Source of the DNA: a virus | Taxonomy: Duplodnaviria; Caudoviricetes | IMG/VR virus record: IMGVR_UViG_3300014658_000001 | Location: 1-60,653 of that record | Strand: one strand, 5' to 3' | DNA: 60,653 bases | Shown here: positions 5,764 to 14,033 of the stretch, in pieces | Numbering within the stretch: the first letter of the stretch is position 1 | Layout of the letters: each line of letters starts with the position of its first letter | The notes under the pieces: generated by a model | Seen by the model: only the letters and a program-made list of their open reading frames with translations | The model's database searches: none | What the model was told of the DNA's origin: nothing | Program-made: the position numbers and the translations under genes

Positions 5764-8567
5764 GAAATGCTAATTGCACTCTTTGCCCCCTGCACGAAGG
5801 CGCACGCACGGTCTGTGTCGATGGCTCAGGACCTAAGAACTCCGATATCCTGATTGTGGGGCAGAACCCAGGGCAAGAGGAGGATCGCCGTGGAGAACCG
5901 TTTATAGGGCCTTCCGGGCGCATCCTGAGGCGAGAGCTGGCGAAAGCGGAGCTCGGCACTCTCTTCGGGCCTACGGTGCGCTATACGAACCTCGTACGCT
6001 GCCTTACCCCTCAGAATCGCGAGCCGACTGCAAAGGAAGTCAAGGCGTGCAAGCCGTACCTCGATGCGGAGATCGCACGCATCAACCCCACGTACATCGT
6101 TCCGTTGGGAGCGCTGGCTACCAAAGCCGTTGCCAAAGCGAAGGTCAGCACGGCTCACGGGCAGATGACCGAGCGGGACGGCCGTGTCGTCATGCCGACG
6201 TATCACCCGGCTGCGACCTTCCGCGATCCTTCCAAACTCCAGGTGATCCAACAGGACCTCGCACGGCTGAAGCGCCAGATCGACGGCACGTTAGGCGCTA
6301 CTCAAGACGCATTCGAGTACCGTGTCGTTACGACTCGCACAATCCTCAAAGAGTTCTGGGACGCCTTTGATGCAGCCGACGAGTACGCCTACGACACGGA
6401 AACCAACGGGTTACTACCGCATAAACCCGGCTTTGTGGTTCGCTGCATCGCTATTGCATTGCCCACACGTTCGTGGGTCATACCGCTTGAGATGCCAGGG
6501 GGATTTTATGAAGGGGATCACACTGCCCAACAGGCGTTTTTCCGCGTCCTGGCACGCAAGGCAGCTGGCAAGTGGGCGGCCGTGTTCCACGGTAAATTTG
6601 ACAGCGGCGCGGTGCGGCGGGTGTCTGGCGTCACGCTACCCTACGATTTTGATGCCATGCTGGCCCACTACATCCTGGATGAAAACCAGGACCATGACCT
6701 GAAGTATGTGGCACGTGTTGAACTGGATTGCCCGGAGTATGACTTACCTAAGGCTCTCAAGATCAGCGATACGCCGGAATGGCTGGAGCTTATCAAAGAT
6801 CCGGCGAATCGCGCCAAGTACTGGGAATACAACGCCCGCGATGCATGGAACACCTTGCACCTCGCATGGCTATTCAGCAAACGATTGCGAAATCTTCCCG
6901 CACTGCGCAGGCTTTTTAATGACCTCGTCATGCCCTCCTCGTATGCGCTGGAGTCGATAGAAGCCGAGGGTTTACCTGTCGATCACGCCCAATACAAGGC
7001 GATGGAGACCCGCATCGGTTTCGAGCGCGACGAGGCCGAGCACGTACTCAACGAAAGCGCGGGTAAAACCGTCAATTGGAATTCCCCGCAGCAGATCGCA
7101 CAGGTACTGTTTGAAGACTTAGGGTTGCCGGTAATGGCCAAAACGCCCACGGGCAACCCGTCGACGAGTGAGAAAGCCATCGTTGACTTGAAAGGCGAGC
7201 ATCCGATTATTGAGCAGCTGCTGCACTACCGCGAGTTGGATAAGATCCTGGGAACCTACCTGGAAGGATGGAAGAAAAAAGGATACATCATCGGTAATAA
7301 AGCCTACTTCTCCTACAAGCAAACGGGCACGGTCACCGGGCGCTTCAGCTCCAGACTTCATCAGATACCTACTGACGGCGAGATCCGCTCCATTATCGCA
7401 GCGCCAGAAAACGGGGACTGGGAATTTGTCGCAGCAGATCTGTCGCAGGCTGAGTTGCGCATCGCTGCAGAAACCTCGGGGGATCTGCAAATGATATCTG
7501 CTTACCAAAGCGGGCAGGATGTACACTGGAAAACGTTGATGTTCATGCTGGGCACAGGGGCTACGGATGCATCAGAACTATCGATTCAGACTGCGGAAAT
7601 GTATTGCCTGCGCCACATGGTACCGCCCGACAGGACCGGCTGCGAAGTACTGCAAGCAGTGTGGCAGGCAAATAAAAATCAAGACAACACGGAAAGCTTT
7701 ATTAAAGTATCGTCGAAAGGTATGCCAGAATTTCGGCGTGGGGTCAGGCGGTGCGCAGTGGGGGGAGAGCAACCCCTACTGGAAGGGTGGAATTTCTCCG
7801 GTTCGGCTAACGAGGTGGAAAAAGACGTCTTGCGAGCGCTGCGGGAGTACCAAACACTTAGTCGCGCATCACAAAAACCACGTTCGCAGCGTAAATCACA
7901 AATACAATTGTCAGACTCTTTGTCGCTCCTGTCATGCCTTACACCACAAGTTGCATACGAACTTTCACACGAGTGGAAGGACTGGAGAAACAAAGCAAAG
8001 AGGGTGAACTTCGCGTTTTTATACGGAATGTACGAAAAAACATTCATGGAGCGCGCTCGTGTTGATTATGACTGGTATTGCACCTACTTAGAAGCTTCCC
8101 GCATGAGAAAATCCTTTTTTGAACTGTATTCCGGTCTTGAGCCCTGGCACAACCGGTGCAAAAAGATCGCGCGTATCGACGGGTGCGTGACGAACATGTT
8201 CGGCCGGGTGCGCAGGTTACCCGGGATACAGAGCAGTGACAAACTAGCGCGGATGGAAGCAGAGAGGCAAGCGGTGAATGCCCCTGTGCAGGGAACCATC
8301 GGGGACTGGAAAGCCGCGGCGATGATCGAAATTCACGAGACAATCGATAGCGCTAAGTATAGACTCTGCGGAGAACATCACGACGCGCTCTTAGGGTTGG
8401 TACGCAGAGGGTGTGAGGACGAAGTGCTACCGAAAGTGCGAAAAATAATGGAGCGTCCCAGGCTCCTGAAAACCTTCAAAATCAAAATGGCTGTCCCCAT
8501 GGTCGTCGATATCAACGTCGGGGCCTGGGGTAGAGGCAAGGTATATCATGACCCGCAATACTTATGA
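5760..8567 (+). CDS. polA: Family A DNA polymerase with N-terminal uracil-DNA glycosylase (family 4-like) domain and 3'-5' exonuclease; carries an in-frame insertion before motif B
   Basis: UDG: CTLC, GQNPGQEED..PFIGPSG, YHPAA. Exo: YDTET, KFD, YNARD. Pol: TGRFSS, motif A DLSQAELR, motif B RNKAKRVNFAFLYG, motif C HHDA. Confidence 0.95.
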   Translation: MRNANCTLCPLHEGARTVCVDGSGPKNSDILIVGQNPGQEEDRRGEPFIGPSGRILRRELAKAELGTLFGPTVRYTNLVRCLTPQNREPTAKEVKACKPYLDAEIARINPTYIVPLGALATKAVAKAKVSTAHGQMTERDGRVVMPTYHPAATFRDPSKLQVIQQDLARLKRQIDGTLGATQDAFEYRVVTTRTILKEFWDAFDAADEYAYDTETNGLLPHKPGFVVRCIAIALPTRSWVIPLEMPGGFYEGDHTAQQAFFRVLARKAAGKWAAVFHGKFDSGAVRRVSGVTLPYDFDAMLAHYILDENQDHDLKYVARVELDCPEYDLPKALKISDTPEWLELIKDPANRAKYWEYNARDAWNTLHLAWLFSKRLRNLPALRRLFNDLVMPSSYALESIEAEGLPVDHAQYKAMETRIGFERDEAEHVLNESAGKTVNWNSPQQIAQVLFEDLGLPVMAKTPTGNPSTSEKAIVDLKGEHPIIEQLLHYRELDKILGTYLEGWKKKGYIIGNKAYFSYKQTGTVTGRFSSRLHQIPTDGEIRSIIAAPENGDWEFVAADLSQAELRIAAETSGDLQMISAYQSGQDVHWKTLMFMLGTGATDASELSIQTAEMYCLRHMVPPDRTGCEVLQAVWQANKNQDNTESFIKVSSKGMPEFRRGVRRCAVGGEQPLLEGWNFSGSANEVEKDVLRALREYQTLSRASQKPRSQRKSQIQLSDSLSLLSCLTPQVAYELSHEWKDWRNKAKRVNFAFLYGMYEKTFMERARVDYDWYCTYLEASRMRKSFFELYSGLEPWHNRCKKIARIDGCVTNMFGRVRRLPGIQSSDKLARMEAERQAVNAPVQGTIGDWKAAAMIEIHETIDSAKYRLCGEHHDALLGLVRRGCEDEVLPKVRKIMERPRLLKTFKIKMAVPMVVDINVGAWGRGKVYHDPQYL
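7567..8007 (+). CDS. HNH homing endonuclease overprinted in the +1 frame inside the polymerase gene
   Basis: CIAC..YCKQC zinc finger, GESNPYWKGG motif, CERCGSTKHLVAHHKNHVRSVNHKYNCQTLCRSCHALHH core; AGGGGG upstream of ATG. Confidence 0.88.
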   Translation: MHQNYRFRLRKCIACATWYRPTGPAAKYCKQCGRQIKIKTTRKALLKYRRKVCQNFGVGSGGAQWGESNPYWKGGISPVRLTRWKKTSCERCGSTKHLVAHHKNHVRSVNHKYNCQTLCRSCHALHHKLHTNFHTSGRTGETKQRG

Positions 8568-8841
8568 CACTCGACGTAACGAACCTCGCACGGAATACAC
8601 TACGAGGGAGCAGGACTTATATGGACTGTTACCTCCTTCGGAATCGACGAGGCAGCTCAATCATCACATGGTTCTGCACCTCAGGTTAGACCGAGAGTCA
8701 TTCGACACCCTAAAGGAGCTATTGCGAAAGAAAACTACCCGGGCGTCTACGGCAGATGAATCAGCCGCATCCCGTCGCGACCGGGAGGCGCTCAATCGAG
8801 TACTCGATCAAATCCGAGACGTGAAATACCCCAATGTTTAA
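8548..8841 (+). CDS. Hypothetical protein
   Basis: ORF in operon context. Confidence 0.55.
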   Translation: MTRNTYDTRRNEPRTEYTTREQDLYGLLPPSESTRQLNHHMVLHLRLDRESFDTLKELLRKKTTRASTADESAASRRDREALNRVLDQIRDVKYPNV

Positions 8842-9172
8842 AGCCGGAGCCAGACCGCCTAACCGGTGCGAAGACCCAACGCATGTACGCTCCGAAGTTA
8901 ATGGACGCTGTAAAACCTGTCGGTTGATCACGCGGAAACTGAAGCGCCAGGAGTCTCGCAAGGCTCAGCCCCGACGCAAAGCCCCGACATTTTCAGGTAA
9001 CCCTTGCAGGACGTGCGGCAGCACTACCCGCTACGTCCAATCAGAGGCTTGCGTGGGGTGCCAACGAAGGTATTTTGATAGGCACTCAGCTGCGGCTAAT
9101 GTTCTGTACCACATTCAACCGGAGTTTACTCGATGGATTAAGAGCCGATTGCCTGAGTGCGAGCATGTTTAA
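8834..9172 (+). CDS. Zinc-finger protein
   Basis: CEDPTH..CKTC and FSGNPCRTCGSTTRYVQSEACVGC. Confidence 0.6.
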   Translation: MFKAGARPPNRCEDPTHVRSEVNGRCKTCRLITRKLKRQESRKAQPRRKAPTFSGNPCRTCGSTTRYVQSEACVGCQRRYFDRHSAAANVLYHIQPEFTRWIKSRLPECEHV

Positions 9173-10139
9173 AACCGGCTTCTCTAAGGTCAAGGCGTAT
9201 CGCTTTTGCAATAAAAAGTACGAGTTCAGCGTCATCCGCAACCTGCAGGCGAAACGCCGCCCCGCTGCGATGTTTCGCGGCACCATCCTGCACGAAATGC
9301 TGGAAGCGCGCGACAACAGTAAAAGCGCAAAAGATGTTTTCCTGAAGTACCAGGAGCAGTACGGCCAGCTATTCGAAGCAGAACGCGAGTTTTACGGCGA
9401 GCACTTCATGGACGATATCTGGCGGATCTACCGCGGATACTTGCGCACCTATCGGGGGTATGATTGGAAAGTGCTAGCGACCGAGGGGTACGTGCAGACG
9501 CAGCTCACCCCGAAAATACTCTTCGAAGGTCACTATGACTTGCTCGTTGAAAGCCAAAATCGTCGCTGGCTAGCGGATCGCAAGACGCACAAAATCATAC
9601 CCACGGCTGAGGAGCGGTTCAGTAACACACAGCTGCTGCTTTACGCCGAGGCTTGGAATCGCGAGCACGCGCGGCCCGATCACGTGAGCGGCATCATCTG
9701 GGACTACATACGCACCAAAGCGCCTACGATCCCTGAGGTTCTCAAGAGCGGTGCGGGCCTGACCCGCCGCAAGGATCTGGATACCGATGTATTCACCTAC
9801 CGCAAAGCGATTCTGGATAACGGATTCGATGAGGATGCTTACAGCCTGCATCTGCGCGAGCTTGAAAAACGCGCTCCTGATCGGTTCTATCAGCGCGTGT
9901 CGTTGCCGGTCCCGTCACCGGCGATGACGAAGATTGTTATCGACGAGTTCACCCAGACCGCTGAAATGATGCGCACCGCGAAACACTTCCCGCGCAACGC
10001 AACCTATCAGTGCAAGAGCTGCGAGTTTTTTGCATTGTGTCAGGCTGAGTTGTGTGGTATTAACGCTAAGTACGTTGAGAGAAACAATTATGAGCAACGC
10101 CCCAAGGACGAACGTGAGCGCGAAGCTGAAGCCGCATGA
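9165..10139 (+). CDS. PD-(D/E)XK (RecB/Cas4-like) exonuclease
   Basis: RGTILHEMLE, EGHYDLLV, ADRKT, QLLLYA, C-terminal CKSCEFFALC. Confidence 0.88.
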   Translation: MFKTGFSKVKAYRFCNKKYEFSVIRNLQAKRRPAAMFRGTILHEMLEARDNSKSAKDVFLKYQEQYGQLFEAEREFYGEHFMDDIWRIYRGYLRTYRGYDWKVLATEGYVQTQLTPKILFEGHYDLLVESQNRRWLADRKTHKIIPTAEERFSNTQLLLYAEAWNREHARPDHVSGIIWDYIRTKAPTIPEVLKSGAGLTRRKDLDTDVFTYRKAILDNGFDEDAYSLHLRELEKRAPDRFYQRVSLPVPSPAMTKIVIDEFTQTAEMMRTAKHFPRNATYQCKSCEFFALCQAELCGINAKYVERNNYEQRPKDEREREAEAA

Positions 10140-10930
10140 AAAAACTGAATAAGACACCCGCGCGCTCGATTTTGAAGCGCATCAAGCCGCTGTCAGAAGT
10201 TGAGCGCAACATCGCAATGTTGTGTTACGGCGACCAGAAAACCGGCAAGACGGTATTCGGCTGCTCTTTCCCAAAACCCCTGCTGCTGATCGACATCATG
10301 GAGCGCGGCACGGATTCGGTCATCGACGTTGACGGGGTGGACGTGTTCAACGCATCCAGCACGCAGGACTTGGAGGATTTGTATTGGGAGCTGGAGGGAG
10401 GCACTAAGTACAAATCCGTGATCCTGGACCAGATGACCGGGCTGCAAAATATGGTCATCCGAGAGATGAAGGACAAAAAGAACCAGCGTGCGGATGATGT
10501 ATTCTCCCAGCGCTCCTACGGTCAGCTGGGCGGGTGGATGCAGCAGTGGATACTCAACTACAGCTTGCTGGTCGATAAAGGCTACAATGTCTGCTTCCTG
10601 TCGCACCAGAAACGCATCGAGGCGCAGGAAGAAGACGACGACCGCTTGGCTCCAGAAGTTACGACCGCACTCACCGGCTCAATCACGAATTTCCTACTTG
10701 GCGCGGTTAGCGTTATAGGAAACCAGTTCATCCGGGAGTCTTACGACAAGAAGACCAAGGAGACGGAGATGCAGTATTGCATGCGTCTCGTGAGCGGCTA
10801 TTACCGGTGTGGTATACGTCGCCCGGTGAGTGCGGGGCCGGTGCCGGAATACATCGTCAATCCGACGTACGAAAAAATTCTGAAATTATCCAAAGGCGAG
10901 TCACTGTCTCGCACAATCAAGAGGCTGTAA
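10136..10930 (+). CDS. AAA_24 / Sak4-like ATPase (recombinase)
   Basis: YGDQKTGKT Walker A, LLIDIMERG, SVILD Walker B, FLSHQK; sits between nuclease and SSB. Confidence 0.85.
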   Translation: MKKLNKTPARSILKRIKPLSEVERNIAMLCYGDQKTGKTVFGCSFPKPLLLIDIMERGTDSVIDVDGVDVFNASSTQDLEDLYWELEGGTKYKSVILDQMTGLQNMVIREMKDKKNQRADDVFSQRSYGQLGGWMQQWILNYSLLVDKGYNVCFLSHQKRIEAQEEDDDRLAPEVTTALTGSITNFLLGAVSVIGNQFIRESYDKKTKETEMQYCMRLVSGYYRCGIRRPVSAGPVPEYIVNPTYEKILKLSKGESLSRTIKRL

Positions 10931-11742
10931 TGGCAGTAAAAAAACCCACCCGACGCAAGAAGGGTAATGTTGTATCGGTAGATTTCACCGGCGTCAAAGC
11001 CGGTGGCGCGACGGTTCCAGACGGAAGGTACAAAGCGAAAATTATCGAGGTATCCCAAGAGGTCGGGCAGGATTCGGGTGAGCCTTACTTGCAGCTCACC
11101 TGGGAAATCACCTCCGAAAAGTGCAACGGTCGCGAGCTGAAGTTCGATAACTACTCTCTGCAACCCCAGGCGCTGTGGCGCTTGAAAAGCATGTTGGAAG
11201 CGCTGGAAGTCGAAGTCCCTGACGGCGAGCAGGACATTGACTTTGACGAGATTATCTCGGACGAGACTGAGTGTATCGTCGAGGTCACCGGCGAGAAAAG
11301 CCCGGAAGGAAAGACCTACGCCCGCGTAACGGGGCATGCCCCGCTATCCGATGGCAACACCGTGGACGATGAAGAGGAGGACGAGAAACCGGCTCGTAAA
11401 CCCAAGAAGCCGGTCAAGGACGAAGCCGACGAGGAGGAAGAAGAGGACGAGGAGCCGCCAAAGCGTCGAGGTAAAAAGCCGACAGACGACGAAGACGAGG
11501 ATGAGGAGCCCCCGAAACGCCGCGGTAAGCCTTCAAAGGACGAAGAGGAGGAAGAAGAGGACGACGATGAGAAGCCGAGCAACAAGAAGCTCAAGAAAGG
11601 CGCTAAAGTCAGTTTCAAAAACGAGAAAAAAAAGCTCACCCAGGGCACCATCGAGACGATCGACGGAGACCAAGCCGTTGTGGTGACCGCTGACGATGAG
11701 TCGTACGAAATCGATTTAGAGGATCTGACCGTCATCGGGTAA
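10930..11742 (+). CDS. DUF669-like single-stranded DNA-binding protein with long acidic/basic tail
   Basis: VDFTGV..VPDGRYKAKIIEV..SGEPYLQLTWEI..ALWRLKSML; D/E-rich tail; small beta C-terminal domain. Confidence 0.8.
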   Translation: MAVKKPTRRKKGNVVSVDFTGVKAGGATVPDGRYKAKIIEVSQEVGQDSGEPYLQLTWEITSEKCNGRELKFDNYSLQPQALWRLKSMLEALEVEVPDGEQDIDFDEIISDETECIVEVTGEKSPEGKTYARVTGHAPLSDGNTVDDEEEDEKPARKPKKPVKDEADEEEEEDEEPPKRRGKKPTDDEDEDEEPPKRRGKPSKDEEEEEEDDDEKPSNKKLKKGAKVSFKNEKKKLTQGTIETIDGDQAVVVTADDESYEIDLEDLTVIG

Positions 11743-11750
11743 GAACAGAA

Positions 11751-11926
11751 GTCCCGCCCGCGCGCCGAAGAATTCGCCTTAACTCGCTGAAGGTGGCGGA
11801 GCAGCATAGGCGCGCGGGGATGGGCAATCGTTACCCCTGACCATGTTTGCGCACGTCCATGACCCGGACCGTGTAAGTTGCACCAACAACAGGGTTATTC
11901 GTCGGACGTGGTCAGGGTTAACGGTT
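11751..11926 (+). ncRNA. Putative structured ncRNA with predicted pseudoknot
   Basis: Stems 11757-11766/11809-11818 and 11826-11849/11903-11926 with G-U pairs; loop ATGACCC complementary to GGGTTAT. Confidence 0.6.
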
Positions 11927-11939
11927 ACCCGGTGGAACT

Positions 11940-12143
11940 ATGAGACACATACCTGTATCAGCCGCTGAGCACATCGCTAAAGCATACGGTTTCGACCAAG
12001 TCGTAATCATCGCACGCAGCGTTGGAGATACCGGAGGCGAGCACGTCACAACTTACGGCCGGAACAAAGTGCATTGCGAGATAGCCGCCAAGATCGGAGA
12101 CTACATCAAACACAAAATCATGGGATGGCCAGAAAAGCCGTGA
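11940..12143 (+). CDS. Hypothetical phage protein
   Basis: ORF with GGTGG RBS; GTGA overlap with helicase. Confidence 0.7.
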   Translation: MRHIPVSAAEHIAKAYGFDQVVIIARSVGDTGGEHVTTYGRNKVHCEIAAKIGDYIKHKIMGWPEKP

Positions 12144-13492
12144 AATTAAGGCCGTACCAAAAAGACGCGGTTACTAAAGCGTTGAGCATTATGCGCGACG
12201 GGGGTGGGTTCGGATTATGGTTGGAACAGCGCACGGGAAAAACGCTTACCGCCCTCAAGATCGCGGATACCGTGCAGCCGGCAGACTTGTGGATCATATG
12301 TCCGAAAGCCGGAGGAGCGGCTCCTGAGGTCTGGTGGCGCGAGATCGGCCGATGGATGAAAGAGCATCACGGGCTGGATGACACCCGAATACAGGTGATG
12401 CACTACGAGTTGGCCGTGAGCCAGCGGCTCAAGCTCTACGCGCAAGCCAAGAAGCTCCCTGACCTGATGATCATCGGGGACGAGACCCACTTCATAAAAG
12501 CCCGCGGCACGGCTCGTTCGCGTACCGTGCGCACCTTAGGCCGATACGCCCGCTGGCGACTCGCACTCAGCGGGACCCCAATCGCACAGGGGATACAGGA
12601 TGCGTGGGCGCAGTTTGATTTCATCGACCGTACCATATTCGGCAAATACGACAACGTCTACAAGGACCCTAAAGCCAAAAAAGGCTTGTTGGAGGAAGGC
12701 TTCGAGGGGCGTTACCTCGTGTACGGGGGCTACCAGAAACACGACGTTGTGGGGTTCAAAAACGAAGATGAGTTTTATGAGAAATTCCACGCTAACTCGT
12801 ACCGCATAACGCTACGGGAGGCGCGTGAGAAGTCCCTCATGATCAAGTACACCCAGGTCCCTGTGGAGCTGGGAAAGACCGCACGTACGGCCTACGAGGA
12901 GTTGAAAGCGGACCTCGTCACGGAAGTCAACAAGACGAAGATCAAAGTCAAGAACGTCCTGGCCAGCCTCATCAAGCTGCAGCAGGTCACTGGCGGCAGC
13001 GTGCTGACCGCAGCCGAAGAGGAAGGTAAGAAACCCATCCTTGTGGACATCAGCCGCGAGAAGCTACGCAAGCTGGCCCCCCTGGTGCAGGGGTTCCCGG
13101 AAGAAGACAAATTTATTATTATTGCCCGCTTCATTCATGAAATCGACCGCATCGCGGCTGACCTGACAAGGTTGGGGTACTACGTAGGCGTTGTACGCGG
13201 GGGCCAGCCTTACGATGGCAAGTTCAAACAGGACTGCCTCGTGCTGCAGATCCAATCCGGTATTGCGGTCGACATGTCTCAGGCGGACCATATTATTTTT
13301 TACAGCATCGATTTCTCGATGTTGAACTTTGAGCAGTCGCGTTTCCGTATCCTTGACTTCCACAAGCCCGTAGGCCACTATTATTTTCTTAACGCTAAGG
13401 GTACGATAGATGAGGATATCTACCTTGCGGTGACCCGCAAACGTCGAGTGGCTGAGTTGATCTGCGATATATACAGGACGAGAAAACCATGA
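12140..13492 (+). CDS. SNF2-like superfamily 2 helicase
   Basis: LRPYQ, EQRTGKT, GDETH, LSGTP, EQSRFRI. Confidence 0.9.
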   Translation: MKLRPYQKDAVTKALSIMRDGGGFGLWLEQRTGKTLTALKIADTVQPADLWIICPKAGGAAPEVWWREIGRWMKEHHGLDDTRIQVMHYELAVSQRLKLYAQAKKLPDLMIIGDETHFIKARGTARSRTVRTLGRYARWRLALSGTPIAQGIQDAWAQFDFIDRTIFGKYDNVYKDPKAKKGLLEEGFEGRYLVYGGYQKHDVVGFKNEDEFYEKFHANSYRITLREAREKSLMIKYTQVPVELGKTARTAYEELKADLVTEVNKTKIKVKNVLASLIKLQQVTGGSVLTAAEEEGKKPILVDISREKLRKLAPLVQGFPEEDKFIIIARFIHEIDRIAADLTRLGYYVGVVRGGQPYDGKFKQDCLVLQIQSGIAVDMSQADHIIFYSIDFSMLNFEQSRFRILDFHKPVGHYYFLNAKGTIDEDIYLAVTRKRRVAELICDIYRTRKP

Positions 13493-13821
13493 ACTTAGAT
13501 GAATTAACCTTAGGGCAAGCAAAAGAGCTGGCCGCGCTGTTGGGAGGAAAATCCAACACTGAGCACCCCTGGCAGATAGGCAAGGTCTACCTGATTCGTA
13601 CGGTGACGATGATCGATACTGGCAGACTCGTAGCGGTCACCGAACACGAACTAGTGTTGGAAGACGCCGCTTGGATTGCCGACAGCGGTAGATTCTCCGA
13701 CGCTCTGCAGAAGTGCGAATTCAACGAAGTTGAACCATTTCCGACGGGCCGTGTGCTCGTAGGACGAGGCGCAGTGATTGATGCTGTGGTGATTACCACT
13801 TCGCCCAGGACCCAAAAATGA
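13489..13821 (+). CDS. Small beta-barrel (Sm/SH3-like, DUF6948-like) protein
   Basis: IGKVYLIRTVTMIDTGRLVAVTEHELVLEDAAWIADSGRF; family recalled, not searched. Confidence 0.65.
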   Translation: MNLDELTLGQAKELAALLGGKSNTEHPWQIGKVYLIRTVTMIDTGRLVAVTEHELVLEDAAWIADSGRFSDALQKCEFNEVEPFPTGRVLVGRGAVIDAVVITTSPRTQK

Positions 13822-14033
13822 ATCCCGCAACTTTGAGAGCTGGATTCGATCAGTCGTGGTCGTGGTCGTGGTCGCGGTCGCGGTCGTGGTCGGGGTCGTG
13901 GTCGGGGTTGGGGTCGCGGTCGCGGTCGTGGTCGGGGTCGCGGTCGCGGTCGCGGTCGGGGTCGTGGTCGGGGTCGCGGTCGCAGTCGCGGTCGTGGTCG
14001 GGGTCGCGGTCGTGGTCGCGGTCAAACCTATGA
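13818..14033 (+). CDS. Ser-(Trp/Arg/Gly) dipeptide-repeat protein (71 aa)
   Basis: ATGA overlaps at both ends fix the frame; AGGA RBS. Confidence 0.7.
   Translation: MNPATLRAGFDQSWSWSWSRSRSWSGSWSGLGSRSRSWSGSRSRSRSGSWSGSRSQSRSWSGSRSWSRSNL
13854..14021. repeat. 28 tandem hexamers TCG[T/C/G]GG
   Basis: Read directly; only two units deviate (TTGGGG, TCGCAG). Confidence 0.95.

Noticed and set aside
7527-7985. Polymerase insertion as a canonical intein
   Set aside because: A Cys-Leu occurs (MYCLRH), but there is no TxxH block B, no terminal His-Asn followed by C/S/T, and the endonuclease is in a different frame.
7527-7985. Polymerase insertion as a group I intron
   Set aside because: The HNH ORF covers nearly all of it, I could not find a P7-type core, and the host frame is uninterrupted. 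Not formally excluded without Infernal or RT-PCR.
11907-11923. Resemblance of CGTGGTCAGGGTTAACG to the pistol ribozyme P1 region
   Set aside because: P1 pairing is poor, the downstream conserved pistol elements are absent, and the segment pairs better in the long stem.
13854-14021. CRISPR array or DGR variable region
   Set aside because: No spacers, no cas or reverse transcriptase gene, and no template/variable repeat pair.
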